Assembly: GCA_964444105.1 (NCBI GenBank)
Contig: CAYUGI010000002.1
Location: 640 to 64,639, forward strand
Reading direction: 5' to 3'
Origin: an uncultured Pirellulaceae bacterium
GTDB taxonomy: Bacteria; Planctomycetota; Planctomycetia; Pirellulales; Pirellulaceae
Length of the DNA stretch: 64,000 nt
Shown here: positions 1 to 9,406 of the stretch, piece after piece
Layout: the number at the start of each line of letters is the position of its first letter
How positions within the stretch are numbered: the first letter of the stretch is position 1
Program-made: the position numbers and the translations under genes
Notes under the pieces: model-generated
Databases searched by the model: none
What the model was told of the DNA's origin: nothing
Seen by the model: only the letters and a program-made list of their open reading frames with translations

Positions 1-2373
1 GTCTGCGGCCTTCGTGGGCGTTTCATTCACGCTTGCCTCGGCGGCGTGAATTTGCCAACCCTGAGCGATCCGTTCTGCTTGGACCTTCGCAACCACCTGC
101 AATCGTTTCTCCGCTTGTTTCACTTGCAACTTCACCGCCATCGCCACGTTGTCACCATAGATTTCATCAGCGTAGCCATGAAGGTGCTCGATCAAGGCGG
201 CTTCAATTTGATTTACATCAGTGAGTGTTTTTTGAGCTGACAAGCCGTAACGCTCCAACGCACCGTGAACGAGATCACCAAATTGGTTGGCGGCAAGTTC
301 GCCAGTCAAATCGTCGATGGGCCGCATTTTCAAAACGTGCCGTAAATAGAATCGGTACGGGCAGACCATGTAGTCACGAAACGCCGTGACGCTCATCGTT
401 TTGACTCGCAACGGATCCGCACTCAAACTTGGGATGGGCAACCGTGTCGCTTCGACATCATTGTCCCATTGATGATGAACGACTGCTTTGGCACGCTCGC
501 CACCCAGCAACGATCGAATGCGACGCGCTGAATCGACGGGGGGTGCAGCTGCGATCAACCGACTGGGTGGTGTGGGTGATCCGTCGGCCGAATTCTGGCC
601 GACGATAAAGCGGATGCTGCTACGAGTCGAAAGCATCAAGTGCATCGCGTAGGCATCGCGAGCGTAACGGCGTTCGTTGTCAACCATCCGAAGCTGAGTT
701 CGCAGAGTTCCCGGCAAAAACGGATCGCTCGTGATCGCTCCGGGAACAAAAGGATGGTTCAATCCCATTACGACCATCGCGGGTGCATCATCCAACGCCA
801 GATCGAGCCAACCAAGAATCTCCACATCACCAGGGTTGGCAGTGTCTGCGATGCGGGTATCGCCCAACCGCTGAGCCAGCATTTCAAACGCGGTTGCACC
901 GGTTACTGCCACGTCCAGATGATCGTTCAGCGACGTGAACCGCTGCAGCAGTCGATTCGTCGCCTCGAGCGCGTGATGAGTACGTGTCTTTTGATCTTCG
1001 GGATTCACATCGTCGTAGATTCGGCCGAGCCATTGACTGGCCAATTCGCTCCAGTGAGACAAGGGCATCGAATTCGAGCCATCGTTCGTCACGAAATCGG
1101 CAAGCCATTCATCAATCCATTTGGCAACCGTTATCGCGACGGGAAATTTTGCGATGGCATCGGGAGACAGCGATTCGGCAACCCGGCGAGGAAAATGATT
1201 TGCCAAGAGTGCATCGATTTGCACCAGCCAATCGACCGATTTTTCGGTTTGCGTTTCTTGCGCCAATTTCTTTGTCAACCAAACATGAACATCAGCGTGT
1301 CGCACTAACGCCGCCAACGACTGCCATGTGTGGCGTTGCAAATAGGTCGCCGCCAGGTCGAACAACCGACCAACCGCCGTATGGCTGATCGACCAACCCA
1401 AGTGACGATACGTTTGGACTCCGCAACCACGCAGCTGAACTTCCACTGGGCCGACTTGTGACTCATCCGTGACGCCTACCGTGACTTGGTCAGCCGCGAA
1501 TAGCTTGGCGTAGTCAGCCAGCGTTTCAGCAACAGCTGCCGATTGATCCGAAATATCAGCGGCCGAAATCAACTGTTCATCACGAATAGGCAACTCGCAT
1601 TCGATCCATGCCGATGTCTTGACGCTACCAAGTCCATCGAAGCGATCGGCTGCCGACTGGGGTGCAGCAACCAGCGAGATCAGTTTGGATGAAAGATGCG
1701 AGAGCATTTCGCCAACGACATCGCTCAAGTCAGTAGTGCCGATCAGGATGATGTCACGATCGGTTTGGCAAGTTTTAGCTGCGATCGCGTCGCGTCGAGC
1801 TTGATGCGGATCGACGACACCGGCTTGTTGAAGCGTTCCCAAGTACTTGCTGAACAGTCGATCAAGCAATTCCCAGCGACGTTTTTCAGTACCCGTTTCC
1901 GCTTCGGCCACCACGTCGGCAAACGAAAGTGAACTGGACGCCAGTTCGCTGTGCAGCCGCCGCAAAGTCCCTGCCAATTCCAGCCAAGCACTTACCGAGT
2001 CTGCCGGTGGGAGTGTCGGGACCAGCGGGCGCAAGTCATCCGGGTTCATATTCCGTAGGACATCGGACCACGCCAGGGTTTGCTCGAAGTCCAACGCCAA
2101 AGGATGCTTGGGCGAGTAGAGTTTTTCTGCCAGTTGGCCCGCTGTGATGATGTCGGGCGAGCGGAACTCCAAGTCATGCTCTTCCGATTCCCAACGCAAC
2201 AAGGACGCCAGTCGACGCGTACTGCGAGCCGCTGGCAATACGCAGATGCACCGGCTCATGTCCCAAGCTTTCCCACTCGCATAGCAATCACGCAAATACT
2301 CCACGCTGCGTGGCAGCAACGGCGCATCCCACCCGAGGAAGTGAGTTTCACATTGAGAGGACGAATTTTTCAC
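1..2373 (-). CDS. PD-(D/E)XK nuclease family protein, AddB/RexB-like (partial, runs off the left edge)
   Basis: Not in the ORF track; spot-translated by hand in the minus frame. It reads FLGWDAPLLPRSVEYL near the N-terminus, then GWLDLA, AMVVMGLNHPFVPG, DGSPTPPSRL and MSVTAFRDYMVCPYRFYLRHVLKMRP (the CPYRFY motif of AddB-type nuclease domains). GTG start at 2373 is tentative because the frame stays open further upstream. Confidence 0.8.
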   Translation of the reverse strand, partial: MKNSSSQCETHFLGWDAPLLPRSVEYLRDCYASGKAWDMSRCICVLPAARSTRRLASLLRWESEEHDLEFRSPDIITAGQLAEKLYSPKHPLALDFEQTLAWSDVLRNMNPDDLRPLVPTLPPADSVSAWLELAGTLRRLHSELASSSLSFADVVAEAETGTEKRRWELLDRLFSKYLGTLQQAGVVDPHQARRDAIAAKTCQTDRDIILIGTTDLSDVVGEMLSHLSSKLISLVAAPQSAADRFDGLGSVKTSAWIECELPIRDEQLISAADISDQSAAVAETLADYAKLFAADQVTVGVTDESQVGPVEVQLRGCGVQTYRHLGWSISHTAVGRLFDLAATYLQRHTWQSLAALVRHADVHVWLTKKLAQETQTEKSVDWLVQIDALLANHFPRRVAESLSPDAIAKFPVAITVAKWIDEWLADFVTNDGSNSMPLSHWSELASQWLGRIYDDVNPEDQKTRTHHALEATNRLLQRFTSLNDHLDVAVTGATAFEMLAQRLGDTRIADTANPGDVEILGWLDLALDDAPAMVVMGLNHPFVPGAITSDPFLPGTLRTQLRMVDNERRYARDAYAMHLMLSTRSSIRFIVGQNSADGSPTPPSRLIAAAPPVDSARRIRSLLGGERAKAVVHHQWDNDVEATRLPIPSLSADPLRVKTMSVTAFRDYMVCPYRFYLRHVLKMRPIDDLTGELAANQFGDLVHGALERYGLSAQKTLTDVNQIEAALIEHLHGYADEIYGDNVAMAVKLQVKQAEKRLQVVAKVQAERIAQGWQIHAAEASVNETPTKAAD

Positions 2374-2682
2374 AGGTGGGCTTTGGACAAAGTTGTTCTT
2401 CAAATGAAAATCTTGGGCCTTCTGATAAGTGTCGCGATCAGCGTGACACGTCTGGTCCAAGACGTTTGGATTGTCGGAAAAAGCGGGCTTCTCGCCAATG
2501 ACGGGTGTTTTGCAAAGCCCCTGGTCTTCCCAGACTGGCAGGAAAGTCCTTTCAGACTGGTCTAGCGTGTGAAAATTTGCCGGTTGTATTGAATAAACGG
2601 GCGCCCACTGCCGATACACGGAGGTGACGGTTCCCAGAGAGCAAGCGGTGACGAGCAATTGTGCGCATGGAGGCGCACCACC

Positions 2683-3573
2683 ATGATCATTTGGACGATC
2701 AAACTTTACCGAAGTTTAAAGACCGCGATCGCGGGTCGCAGGTATCCCCATCAACTCGCTGCAGCAGTGGCCTTTGGCGCGCTCTTGGGAGTGGTGCCGC
2801 ACGGAAACCTGCTGGCGTTGGCGATCTTGATCGTAGTGTTGTCACTGCGAGTCAATCACGCGATGGCTGGAATCACGGCCATCGGCGTTTCATTTGCCGC
2901 GACACGGCTGGATGCGTACTCGCACGCCGTCGGCAATCACATTTTGACAAGCCCGCACTTAAGCGACTATGGCACTCGTGCTTGGCAACTTCCGGTCGTG
3001 CCCTGGACGGACCTGAACAACACCGTTGTGATGGGCAGTTTTGTGATCGGTGTGGTCGCCCTGCTTCCGATCTTCTTGGTGACGTATCCGATCTTCCGAA
3101 TGTTCGCGCCCACTGAAGTGGAAGAGACACAAGTTGAAGAAGCGGAAATCAAACAAAGCACACGCAATGTTGCGAAGCACTCTGTCGTGTTGGTCGAACA
3201 AGGCCACGATGGCGTTGCGGCACCGCATGTTTTGCCGGAGCGTGAGGTCGCTAGCGTGGAGTCGATGATCGATTCAATGCTAGACAGCGATATCGAAAAG
3301 AACCATCAACAGGCAAGCCTTCGCTACGACACCGTGGCAAACACGGTTGATGAAACGGTGAACGTGGAAACTCGGGTCGATGTAATCCGTATGTCTGACT
3401 TCCGCGAAGAGCAGGCTGCGGCTTCCGAGACATCGAATCACAAACCTGATCAAACGACAAATAAGCCAGCCGCGGCGGACGCCGTTGCTTCGACACCTCC
3501 TCCATCCGATGAAGCGTTGAATTACTTGCTTCGTCAGTTGCGCGACTCACAGCAGCAAAGGAAAGCAGCATGA
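2683..3573 (+). CDS. TIGR03546 family membrane protein (DUF2062-like) with long acidic tail
   Basis: GGAGG at 2669-2673 before ATG 2683. Hydrophobic N-terminal half with PHQLAAAVAFG and WTDLNNTVVMGSF motifs. Stop overlaps the next start (ATGA at 3570-3573). Confidence 0.75.
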   Translation: MIIWTIKLYRSLKTAIAGRRYPHQLAAAVAFGALLGVVPHGNLLALAILIVVLSLRVNHAMAGITAIGVSFAATRLDAYSHAVGNHILTSPHLSDYGTRAWQLPVVPWTDLNNTVVMGSFVIGVVALLPIFLVTYPIFRMFAPTEVEETQVEEAEIKQSTRNVAKHSVVLVEQGHDGVAAPHVLPEREVASVESMIDSMLDSDIEKNHQQASLRYDTVANTVDETVNVETRVDVIRMSDFREEQAAASETSNHKPDQTTNKPAAADAVASTPPPSDEALNYLLRQLRDSQQQRKAA

Positions 3574-5327
3574 TTCGTTGGCGTTACCTCATTACACGGC
3601 TGATTATTGTCGCCGTCATTTTACTGCTGATTCGACTCGGGCTTGGACCTGTCGCGTCTTACGTGACCGTTCAAGGGATGCAGAATGCGACCGGAGCGAA
3701 GGTCGAGATCGAAAGCACTCATGTCGGGCTCTTTCCACCCAGAATCGAGTACACGGACTTCCGTGTCGCCGATCCTCGCGGTGGCAAAGAAATGCGTGAT
3801 GCGTTTCGTGCAGAGAAGATGGACTTCGTGTTGGATGCAAAGTCACTGCTGCATCGTCGCTGGGTTGCCCGCGACGGTCGCATCACCGGTTTGCAGATCG
3901 ATGCAAGACGCGAAGAGTCCGGGCACCTGGGCCACGTCGATTCGCCTGTGGAGTCCACCTCCGAAAGCAGCGGCATGTTGGGTGGCTTTATCAAAGGTGC
4001 AACTGACCAGCTGGGCGATCACGCCGAAGAGGTCGTCGGTGGTATGGAAACCGTCCGCCGAAGCAAGGAAATCAAACAACGTTGGCAGCGTGAATACGAC
4101 GAATTGGTCGTTCGAGCCCGTGATCTGGAAGGTCGCATTCGCAAGATTCGTGACACCGCCCGCGGCATCGACAACCCACTTCGTGATTGGGAAGAACTCG
4201 ATCGAACCTTAGCTCGCGCCACGCAAACGCATAGCGAACTGAAAATTGTTCGCCAGACCATTGATGCTTTGCCACAGCGTTTACAGGACGATTTGGTTTC
4301 GCTGGAACGCGCCAAGCAAATTGACTTGGACAAAATCGATCAATACGTACCCGGTTCGCTTTCGCAGAGTGACAATTTTGGCGTCGATTTGATGGCCAAC
4401 GCGGTTCGCGAACAAGTACAGCGAATTCGAGGTTACTTGGATGGTGGTCGCGCGATTGCCGACTACGCCGTTGTGGCCCCGGAAAGTGACCGGCATCGTG
4501 GAATCGACTATGACTTGCTAGGAGCAAATCGTCGTCCCGACCTGATGGTTCGTCGTTGTGAAGTAGGCGGACTGCTGCGAGCCAATGGTGACGCCTTCGT
4601 GATGACGGGTATCGTCGAAAACTTGACGCCGTCTCCCGAATTGTTGATCGAACCGACCACCGCGCGCTTGCGTCTGGAAGGTGACGAGGTTGTTCGTGTC
4701 GAAATGGTACGTGACCGTCGTCAAGGTGCTGATGTCGATCTGCTAACGCTACACTGGCCCCAAACCGAAGCGAAAGACCTGACGCTGGGTGATGACAACG
4801 ATGCTGGCATCAGTATTCGCGGTGGCCAACGTGAGTTGTGGGTTCAACTACGAAGCGAAGGTGAACAAATCTCCGGCCGTTTCGTCAGTAAGCAAACCGG
4901 TCTGAAGATGAAGCTGAATGTCGATTCAAAGTATGCCGATTCGCCGGCGGCTGTTTCGCTAGGACAGAGCCTGGCAGCGGTGGACAAGCTGGAAGTCGAC
5001 GCCACGTTCGCTGGCACCTGGAAAGATCTAGGTCTTGAACTGAATTCCAACATTGGAAACGTATTCAAGGACGCCGCTCGCAATGCGGTCGCTAGCCAAA
5101 TCGAAACGTCAAAACGCAACTTGGCTTTAAAAGTCGAAGAAACGCATCTGCGTGAGTCGCTCGAACTGCGAAAATGGCTGGAGAGTCAGCAGACCGAAGC
5201 GAACGACTTGTTGGCTTCGGCGGATCAGTCCATCAAAGAGATGCGGACAAAAGTAGTTCAAGAGGTCGGCCAGGCCGACGCGTATCTTGGCAAACTGCGT
5301 TCAGCGATTGAAGGACGATTGCGATAG
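3570..5327 (+). CDS. TIGR03545 family protein
   Basis: 585 aa starting MIRWRYLITR with a single TM anchor, a beta-rich region and long predicted coiled coils. Coupled to the TIGR03546 gene, the usual pairing for these families. Confidence 0.75.
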   Translation: MIRWRYLITRLIIVAVILLLIRLGLGPVASYVTVQGMQNATGAKVEIESTHVGLFPPRIEYTDFRVADPRGGKEMRDAFRAEKMDFVLDAKSLLHRRWVARDGRITGLQIDARREESGHLGHVDSPVESTSESSGMLGGFIKGATDQLGDHAEEVVGGMETVRRSKEIKQRWQREYDELVVRARDLEGRIRKIRDTARGIDNPLRDWEELDRTLARATQTHSELKIVRQTIDALPQRLQDDLVSLERAKQIDLDKIDQYVPGSLSQSDNFGVDLMANAVREQVQRIRGYLDGGRAIADYAVVAPESDRHRGIDYDLLGANRRPDLMVRRCEVGGLLRANGDAFVMTGIVENLTPSPELLIEPTTARLRLEGDEVVRVEMVRDRRQGADVDLLTLHWPQTEAKDLTLGDDNDAGISIRGGQRELWVQLRSEGEQISGRFVSKQTGLKMKLNVDSKYADSPAAVSLGQSLAAVDKLEVDATFAGTWKDLGLELNSNIGNVFKDAARNAVASQIETSKRNLALKVEETHLRESLELRKWLESQQTEANDLLASADQSIKEMRTKVVQEVGQADAYLGKLRSAIEGRLR

Positions 5328-5346
5328 TAGCATGTCTACTTTGACG

Positions 5347-6123
5347 CTAAGTCAAAGCGTATGGATTCTCGCTCGCGAGGCGAGAAACACCCGTGCTCGA
5401 CGATCGGGTGGGTGGATAATTCATTCCGCTGGCAGCGGACTGATGAATTCGATCAAGCAGGGCAATCGTCTGCTCGCGTCTCCTAGAGGGACGCAAGTTG
5501 CCTAGCGCAAAATCGCGATAGGCAATCGGCAGCTCCACTAGTCCGCGATCTGTGCGGGCGATGATGACAACCAAATGGAGCGGCGCGGCCCAGCCTGCTG
5601 GACGGATTTCTTCCATCTGTACATCGAGAATGGATTCACTCGTCAGCATGTAACGATCAACGTCGCCTTCCATCTGAACACCCTCCTCATCGATGTGTAG
5701 AAGCATCAGGTCGGTGGCTGTTTCTAAGCTGCTGTGTTGCCAGTTTTCACGTGGCAGGAGTTCGACGACGCGAGTGCCGGAGTCGCTTGTCCAACCCGGT
5801 CGATCCACGCGTTTCGAAATACTGCGTCTTAGTCGCCGACAAATCCATCCGTTGACAGGCCATTCCGGATAGCTCAGCACGGAACCAATCTGACTGACCA
5901 GTAGAGCGAAACCGACGCTTAGCAGCACCGGGGAAAGCGACGGCCAGACGGCGTCATAGGAGCGTGAAGTCGCGATGGCGAAGACCACAAACCAAACCCA
6001 CAACGTTTGATAGGCGACTAGCCGCGCCGCGTTGCACCACAGTGCGCGACGATTCATGACACGATTGCCGCCCGTCGTGATCGGCGTGATCTTCGCTAAG
6101 TGAGTGTCCGATTTCGAGATCAT
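5347..6123 (-). CDS. Hypothetical membrane protein (2 TM plus soluble domain, C-terminal NPY motif)
   Basis: 258 aa ORF with two hydrophobic segments, ending ENPYALT. The true start may be the later MNRRALW (about 6057). Confidence 0.6.
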   Translation of the reverse strand: MISKSDTHLAKITPITTGGNRVMNRRALWCNAARLVAYQTLWVWFVVFAIATSRSYDAVWPSLSPVLLSVGFALLVSQIGSVLSYPEWPVNGWICRRLRRSISKRVDRPGWTSDSGTRVVELLPRENWQHSSLETATDLMLLHIDEEGVQMEGDVDRYMLTSESILDVQMEEIRPAGWAAPLHLVVIIARTDRGLVELPIAYRDFALGNLRPSRRREQTIALLDRIHQSAASGMNYPPTRSSSTGVSRLASENPYALT

Positions 6124-6220
6124 TGCCGAGTACCAGAGAAAACCAAAACATCAACTTTTACGATACTGCTCGCCAGTCGCCACCATCAATCGCAAATCGC
6201 CATGCGTTTTGCGGCTTTTC

Positions 6221-6333
6221 TTCACCCTCCCGCGCAGCGGGAGGGTCGGACGCAGTAGCGGCCGGGGAGGGCATCCTTGCGCGAAGCCCCTCTCCTCGCC
6301 TAGGCTCGACTCTCCCGCAAGCGGGAGAGTTAA
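6221..6333. repeat. REP/REPIN-like element family 1, copy A (two inverted hairpin units)
   Basis: ttcaccctcccgc-gca-gcgggagggtcgg...gcagtagcggccggggaggg...ccctctcctcgc..ggctcgactctcccgc-aa-gcgggagagttaa. Closely similar to 10991-11126; the right half recurs at 36336-36379. Confidence 0.8.
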
Positions 6334-6351
6334 ATCAAGGTACAAGAAGCG

Positions 6352-6430
6352 TCACTTTTACTTCAACTTTAATTGCGAACGGTAGCTCGGCCAAATAAAA
6401 GTTGAAGGTGAAGTTCAAGTAAAAAGTGAA
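6352..6430. repeat. AT-rich inverted repeat with 6-nt periodicity (possible terminator of the hisE-hisG-rhodanese unit)
   Basis: Left arm tcacttttacttcaacttt (from 6352) and right arm aaagttgaaggtgaagttcaagtaaaaagtga (to 6429) are imperfect complements. It lies directly after the rhodanese stop codon. Confidence 0.55.
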
Positions 6431-6432
6431 GT

Positions 6433-6771
6433 CTAGTAGCGAGGCACGTCCGAGTCGATTTCTAGGCTCCAATGGTCGATTCCGCCAGCAAGACTTTGCA
6501 CTTTTGGAAAACCCATTTCTTTAAGTGCTTCGGTCACTCGTAGGCTACGAACCCCACCGTGGCAATGCACGACAATTCGCCGCTCACGATGCTCGTCTAA
6601 CTCACCGGCTCGCTGGCCAAATTCGCTCATCGGCAACAGTATCGACCCGGCAATTTTCGCGATCTCATATTCGTTGGTTTCACGAACATCCAGCAGCAGA
6701 AAATCCTCATCTCTCTTTTGCAGTTCGGCTAGCGCGTGAACGTCGATTTCGATTGGTAGTTGGTCTGACAT
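6433..6771 (-). CDS. Rhodanese-like domain protein (single-domain sulfurtransferase)
   Basis: LLLDVRE..EYEIAKIAGS, active-site loop VHCHGGVRS, LAGGIDHW. Confidence 0.9.
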   Translation of the reverse strand: MSDQLPIEIDVHALAELQKRDEDFLLLDVRETNEYEIAKIAGSILLPMSEFGQRAGELDEHRERRIVVHCHGGVRSLRVTEALKEMGFPKVQSLAGGIDHWSLEIDSDVPRY

Positions 6772-6804
6772 CGGGTTTTCACTAAGAGGAATTTTGTGGC
6801 TCTT

Positions 6805-7683
6805 CTACAGGCGGCAGTTCGCGATCTTGGTTTCAAAGATGGCTGAAGCACCGAGTTGCTCCAGTTTTTCCATCGCGGTAATGACTTCGCTACGTTTGGC
6901 CATCACTCGAACACTGCACCAAGCCGCGTCCTCCAGCGCACTGACGGTAGGAGAATTAAATCCTGGTGTGATTTCCTCGGCGGCGGTCAGCTTTTCTCGC
7001 GGGATGTTGTATTCGAGTAGAGAATAGTCGCGAGCGATCACGACGCCTTCCAAACGACGAATCACACGATCTGCCATTGCCACGTTTCGGCAGCGGTCAT
7101 TTTGGATCAAGACCGTTTCGTACTGACCGATTTCTTCCAAAATCCGCAGCCGGTTGGCGGCCAACGTACTGCCAGTTTCAACCAAGTCGACAATCGCATC
7201 AGCGATCCCCAGTTGGATCATCACTTCAACACTGCCCGAGAGTGAGACCAGGTGCGCTTTGGCACCGTGGTCCGCCAAGTAGGCCGACGTGACCATCGGA
7301 AAACTGGTTGCGACGCGTTTGCCGTCCAAGTCTTTTGCCGATGTGATCTCCATCGAATCGGGAACGCAGATTGCCAAGCGACAGCGGCCGACGCCTAGTT
7401 TCATGCGAGTGTTGACATTGCCACCAGACTCTTCGACCAAGTCGCTTCCGGTGAAGCCCATGTCGATAGCGCCTTCGGCACACAGCGTCGGGATATCATC
7501 GGTGCGAAGGAAAATCAGTTCGATCGGCAAGCCGCTGACTTTGGCGAACAAGCCGCGGCTTTGGCGGCGGAATGTCAGGCCGGCCTGCTTCAGCAAGTCG
7601 CCGGAGATTTCGCTCAGCCGGCCTTTACTGGGCAAACCGATTCGCAAGTTTTCGGAGGATTCCAAGGGAGTATCTACGCTCAT
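6805..7683 (-). CDS. hisG: ATP phosphoribosyltransferase, long form
   Basis: LRIGLPSKGRL, LRTDDIP, GSVE, ADAIVDLVETGSTL and a C-terminal regulatory domain (YNIP...PGFNSPTVSAL). Confidence 0.97.
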   Translation of the reverse strand: MSVDTPLESSENLRIGLPSKGRLSEISGDLLKQAGLTFRRQSRGLFAKVSGLPIELIFLRTDDIPTLCAEGAIDMGFTGSDLVEESGGNVNTRMKLGVGRCRLAICVPDSMEITSAKDLDGKRVATSFPMVTSAYLADHGAKAHLVSLSGSVEVMIQLGIADAIVDLVETGSTLAANRLRILEEIGQYETVLIQNDRCRNVAMADRVIRRLEGVVIARDYSLLEYNIPREKLTAAEEITPGFNSPTVSALEDAAWCSVRVMAKRSEVITAMEKLEQLGASAIFETKIANCRL

Positions 7684-7686
7684 GTT

Positions 7687-8046
7687 CTAGTCGTTTTTTG
7701 TTTCGTCACGACTGGCTTTTTCGACCAGTCCCGAAGTGCCTTCACGGCGGGCCAATTCTGCAGCGACTTCACTGAGATCGACGCCGCGGTACGCCAGCAT
7801 GACCATCGTGTGGTACAGCAAATCGCCCGCTTCATAGACGAAGTGATCACGCCCTGCCTGACCGTTTTCCTGGGTGGCTTCGTCGGCTGCTTCAATCATC
7901 TCGTCCGCTTCTTCGCGAATTTTGCTTCCAATCTTGGCCGGTCCACCATCCATCAGCTTCGTCGTGTAGGAACCTGGCGGACGCGTCTGAGCCCTTTCGC
8001 TAAGCGTCTCCATCAGGCGAACCAGAGGGTCCAAGGGGTGGCTCAT
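7687..8046 (-). CDS. hisE: Phosphoribosyl-ATP diphosphatase
   Basis: PPGSYTTKL, KIREEADE, YEAGDLLYHTMVML, ELARREGTSGL. Confidence 0.95.
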   Translation of the reverse strand: MSHPLDPLVRLMETLSERAQTRPPGSYTTKLMDGGPAKIGSKIREEADEMIEAADEATQENGQAGRDHFVYEAGDLLYHTMVMLAYRGVDLSEVAAELARREGTSGLVEKASRDETKND

Positions 8047-8250
8047 GGTTGGATTCCGCTGGAAAATGGAGGAGGATTCGTTCGCACGATGTTAGACGCA
8101 TTGCCGCGAATTGCCAACGATATAGCCCTGACGCAACTGCAAACCCGAAAACCATGAACCTTGATGGCCTGCCAAGTGCCCGGTTCTGTAGGCGACCGAA
8201 TTCGCTAATCTAAATCACACCGATCCCACTCTCTCTCACCAGTAAGCCAA

Positions 8251-8877
8251 ATGATCACAATCGTCGACTACCAGATGGGCAACTTGCGAAGCGTCCAGAA
8301 GGCGATTGAGCGCGTTGGTGGGACTGCAAAAATCTCCTCCGATCCGGCCGAAATAGCTGACGCACAGAAACTGATCCTGCCCGGTGTGGGTGCGTTCGGT
8401 GATGCGATGGTGGAGATCAATCGCCGTGGGCTAGCGGATCCGATTCGCAGGTTCGCGGCTTCCGGACGACCGTTTTTCGGAATCTGCCTGGGGCTACAGT
8501 TGCTGTTCGAGCGAGGGTTTGAACACGGAGAGCATGAAGGCCTGGGGATTTTGGCTGGCGATGTCCTGAAATTTGACATTGATCCGACTTTGAAAGTACC
8601 GCACATGGGTTGGAACACGGTTTCGGTCCAAAAGAACCCCGACGGTAAGTCGGCTCCCATTTTGGGCGATTTAAAATCTGAAACACACTTCTATTTTGTG
8701 CATTCGTATTATGTGCGACCAACTGATCCAGACGTCGTGGCGCTGACCTGTGACTACGGCGGCAAATTTTGCGCAATGGTGTGGCGAGACAATTTGTTCG
8801 CGACACAGTTTCATCCGGAGAAGAGCCAAGCAGACGGGTTGGAACTATTGAAGGCATTCAACGATCTTTCGCTTTGA
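8251..8877 (+). CDS. hisH: Imidazole glycerol phosphate synthase, glutamine amidotransferase subunit
   Basis: DYQMGNLRSV, LPGVGAFGD, GICLGLQLL, VPHMGWN, FYFVHSYY, TQFHPEKS. Confidence 0.97.
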   Translation: MITIVDYQMGNLRSVQKAIERVGGTAKISSDPAEIADAQKLILPGVGAFGDAMVEINRRGLADPIRRFAASGRPFFGICLGLQLLFERGFEHGEHEGLGILAGDVLKFDIDPTLKVPHMGWNTVSVQKNPDGKSAPILGDLKSETHFYFVHSYYVRPTDPDVVALTCDYGGKFCAMVWRDNLFATQFHPEKSQADGLELLKAFNDLSL

Positions 8878-9075
8878 GAGGTCGCTGCCTGATTTCAAAT
8901 GCTGTCCGCCAACCCTGGCAATGCGCAGCTGATCGTAGGCGGGCGGCAAAACGGAGTCTGCCTGCCTCCTATCCGAAACCAGCTTCGATTCATTTTTCGT
9001 TGAGCCAGGATGCAAGCAGAGTCCTTTTTTGTGACTCGATTGCACCTCAGGTCCTGACTTCGAGCGGCACCTCGA
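8876..9075 (+). ncRNA. Candidate 6S RNA (ssrS-like rod with central bubble)
   Basis: Nested pairings found by eye: 8876-8886/9063-9073, 8888-8892/9047-9051, 8914-8919/9004-9009, 8927-8931/8980-8984, 8937-8947/8956-8967. Unpaired 5' bubble strand TTTCAAATGCTGTCCGCCAA and a hairpin in the 3' bubble strand. About 200 nt long; G-U pairs favour the + strand. Confidence 0.55.
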
Positions 9076-9406
9076 GACCGGGCCACAAAACTACCTATCC
9101 CCCCTAGGCTTCTTATGCTCCAGGCCATGGTGGGAAATCTCGACCGCGATTTTGCCCCTTCGAGATTCGACGTAAGTCTCGATGACAGCAAGATTAGCGC
9201 AGCCGACAAGATTGTCTATTTTGCCTAATCGGTTCATTTGTTGGTGTGGGTGGGCTTTACCAACCGTCAAAGATCCCGATCCTGTCGGGCCACGGTGAGG
9301 TGAACAGAAAGGCGTGAGTGCTTTGTTGGCACTGGACGCGAACTCTCATTCGTGTGTGTTTTTGCCACCTTTTCGGCTACTTATTCGCAAACCAACGGAG
9401 AAACCC

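Noticed and set aside
33-2565. Plus-strand ORFs in the track (640..1308, 2080..2565 and others)
   Set aside because: They are antisense shadows of the long minus-strand AddB-like gene, which the track omits because it has no stop inside the window.
6221-6430. CRISPR array or IS ends
   Set aside because: No regularly spaced direct repeats with unique spacers, no cas or transposase gene, no target-site duplication seen.
9040-9085. SRP RNA, tmRNA or RNase P as the identity of the structured RNA
   Set aside because: No SRP helix-8 GNRA/AGCAG pattern, no tRNA-like tmRNA ends, no RNase P GAAAGTCC core.
8895-9209. 104-aa minus-strand ORF
   Set aside because: No protein-like composition or motif, and it overlaps the 6S-like structured region.
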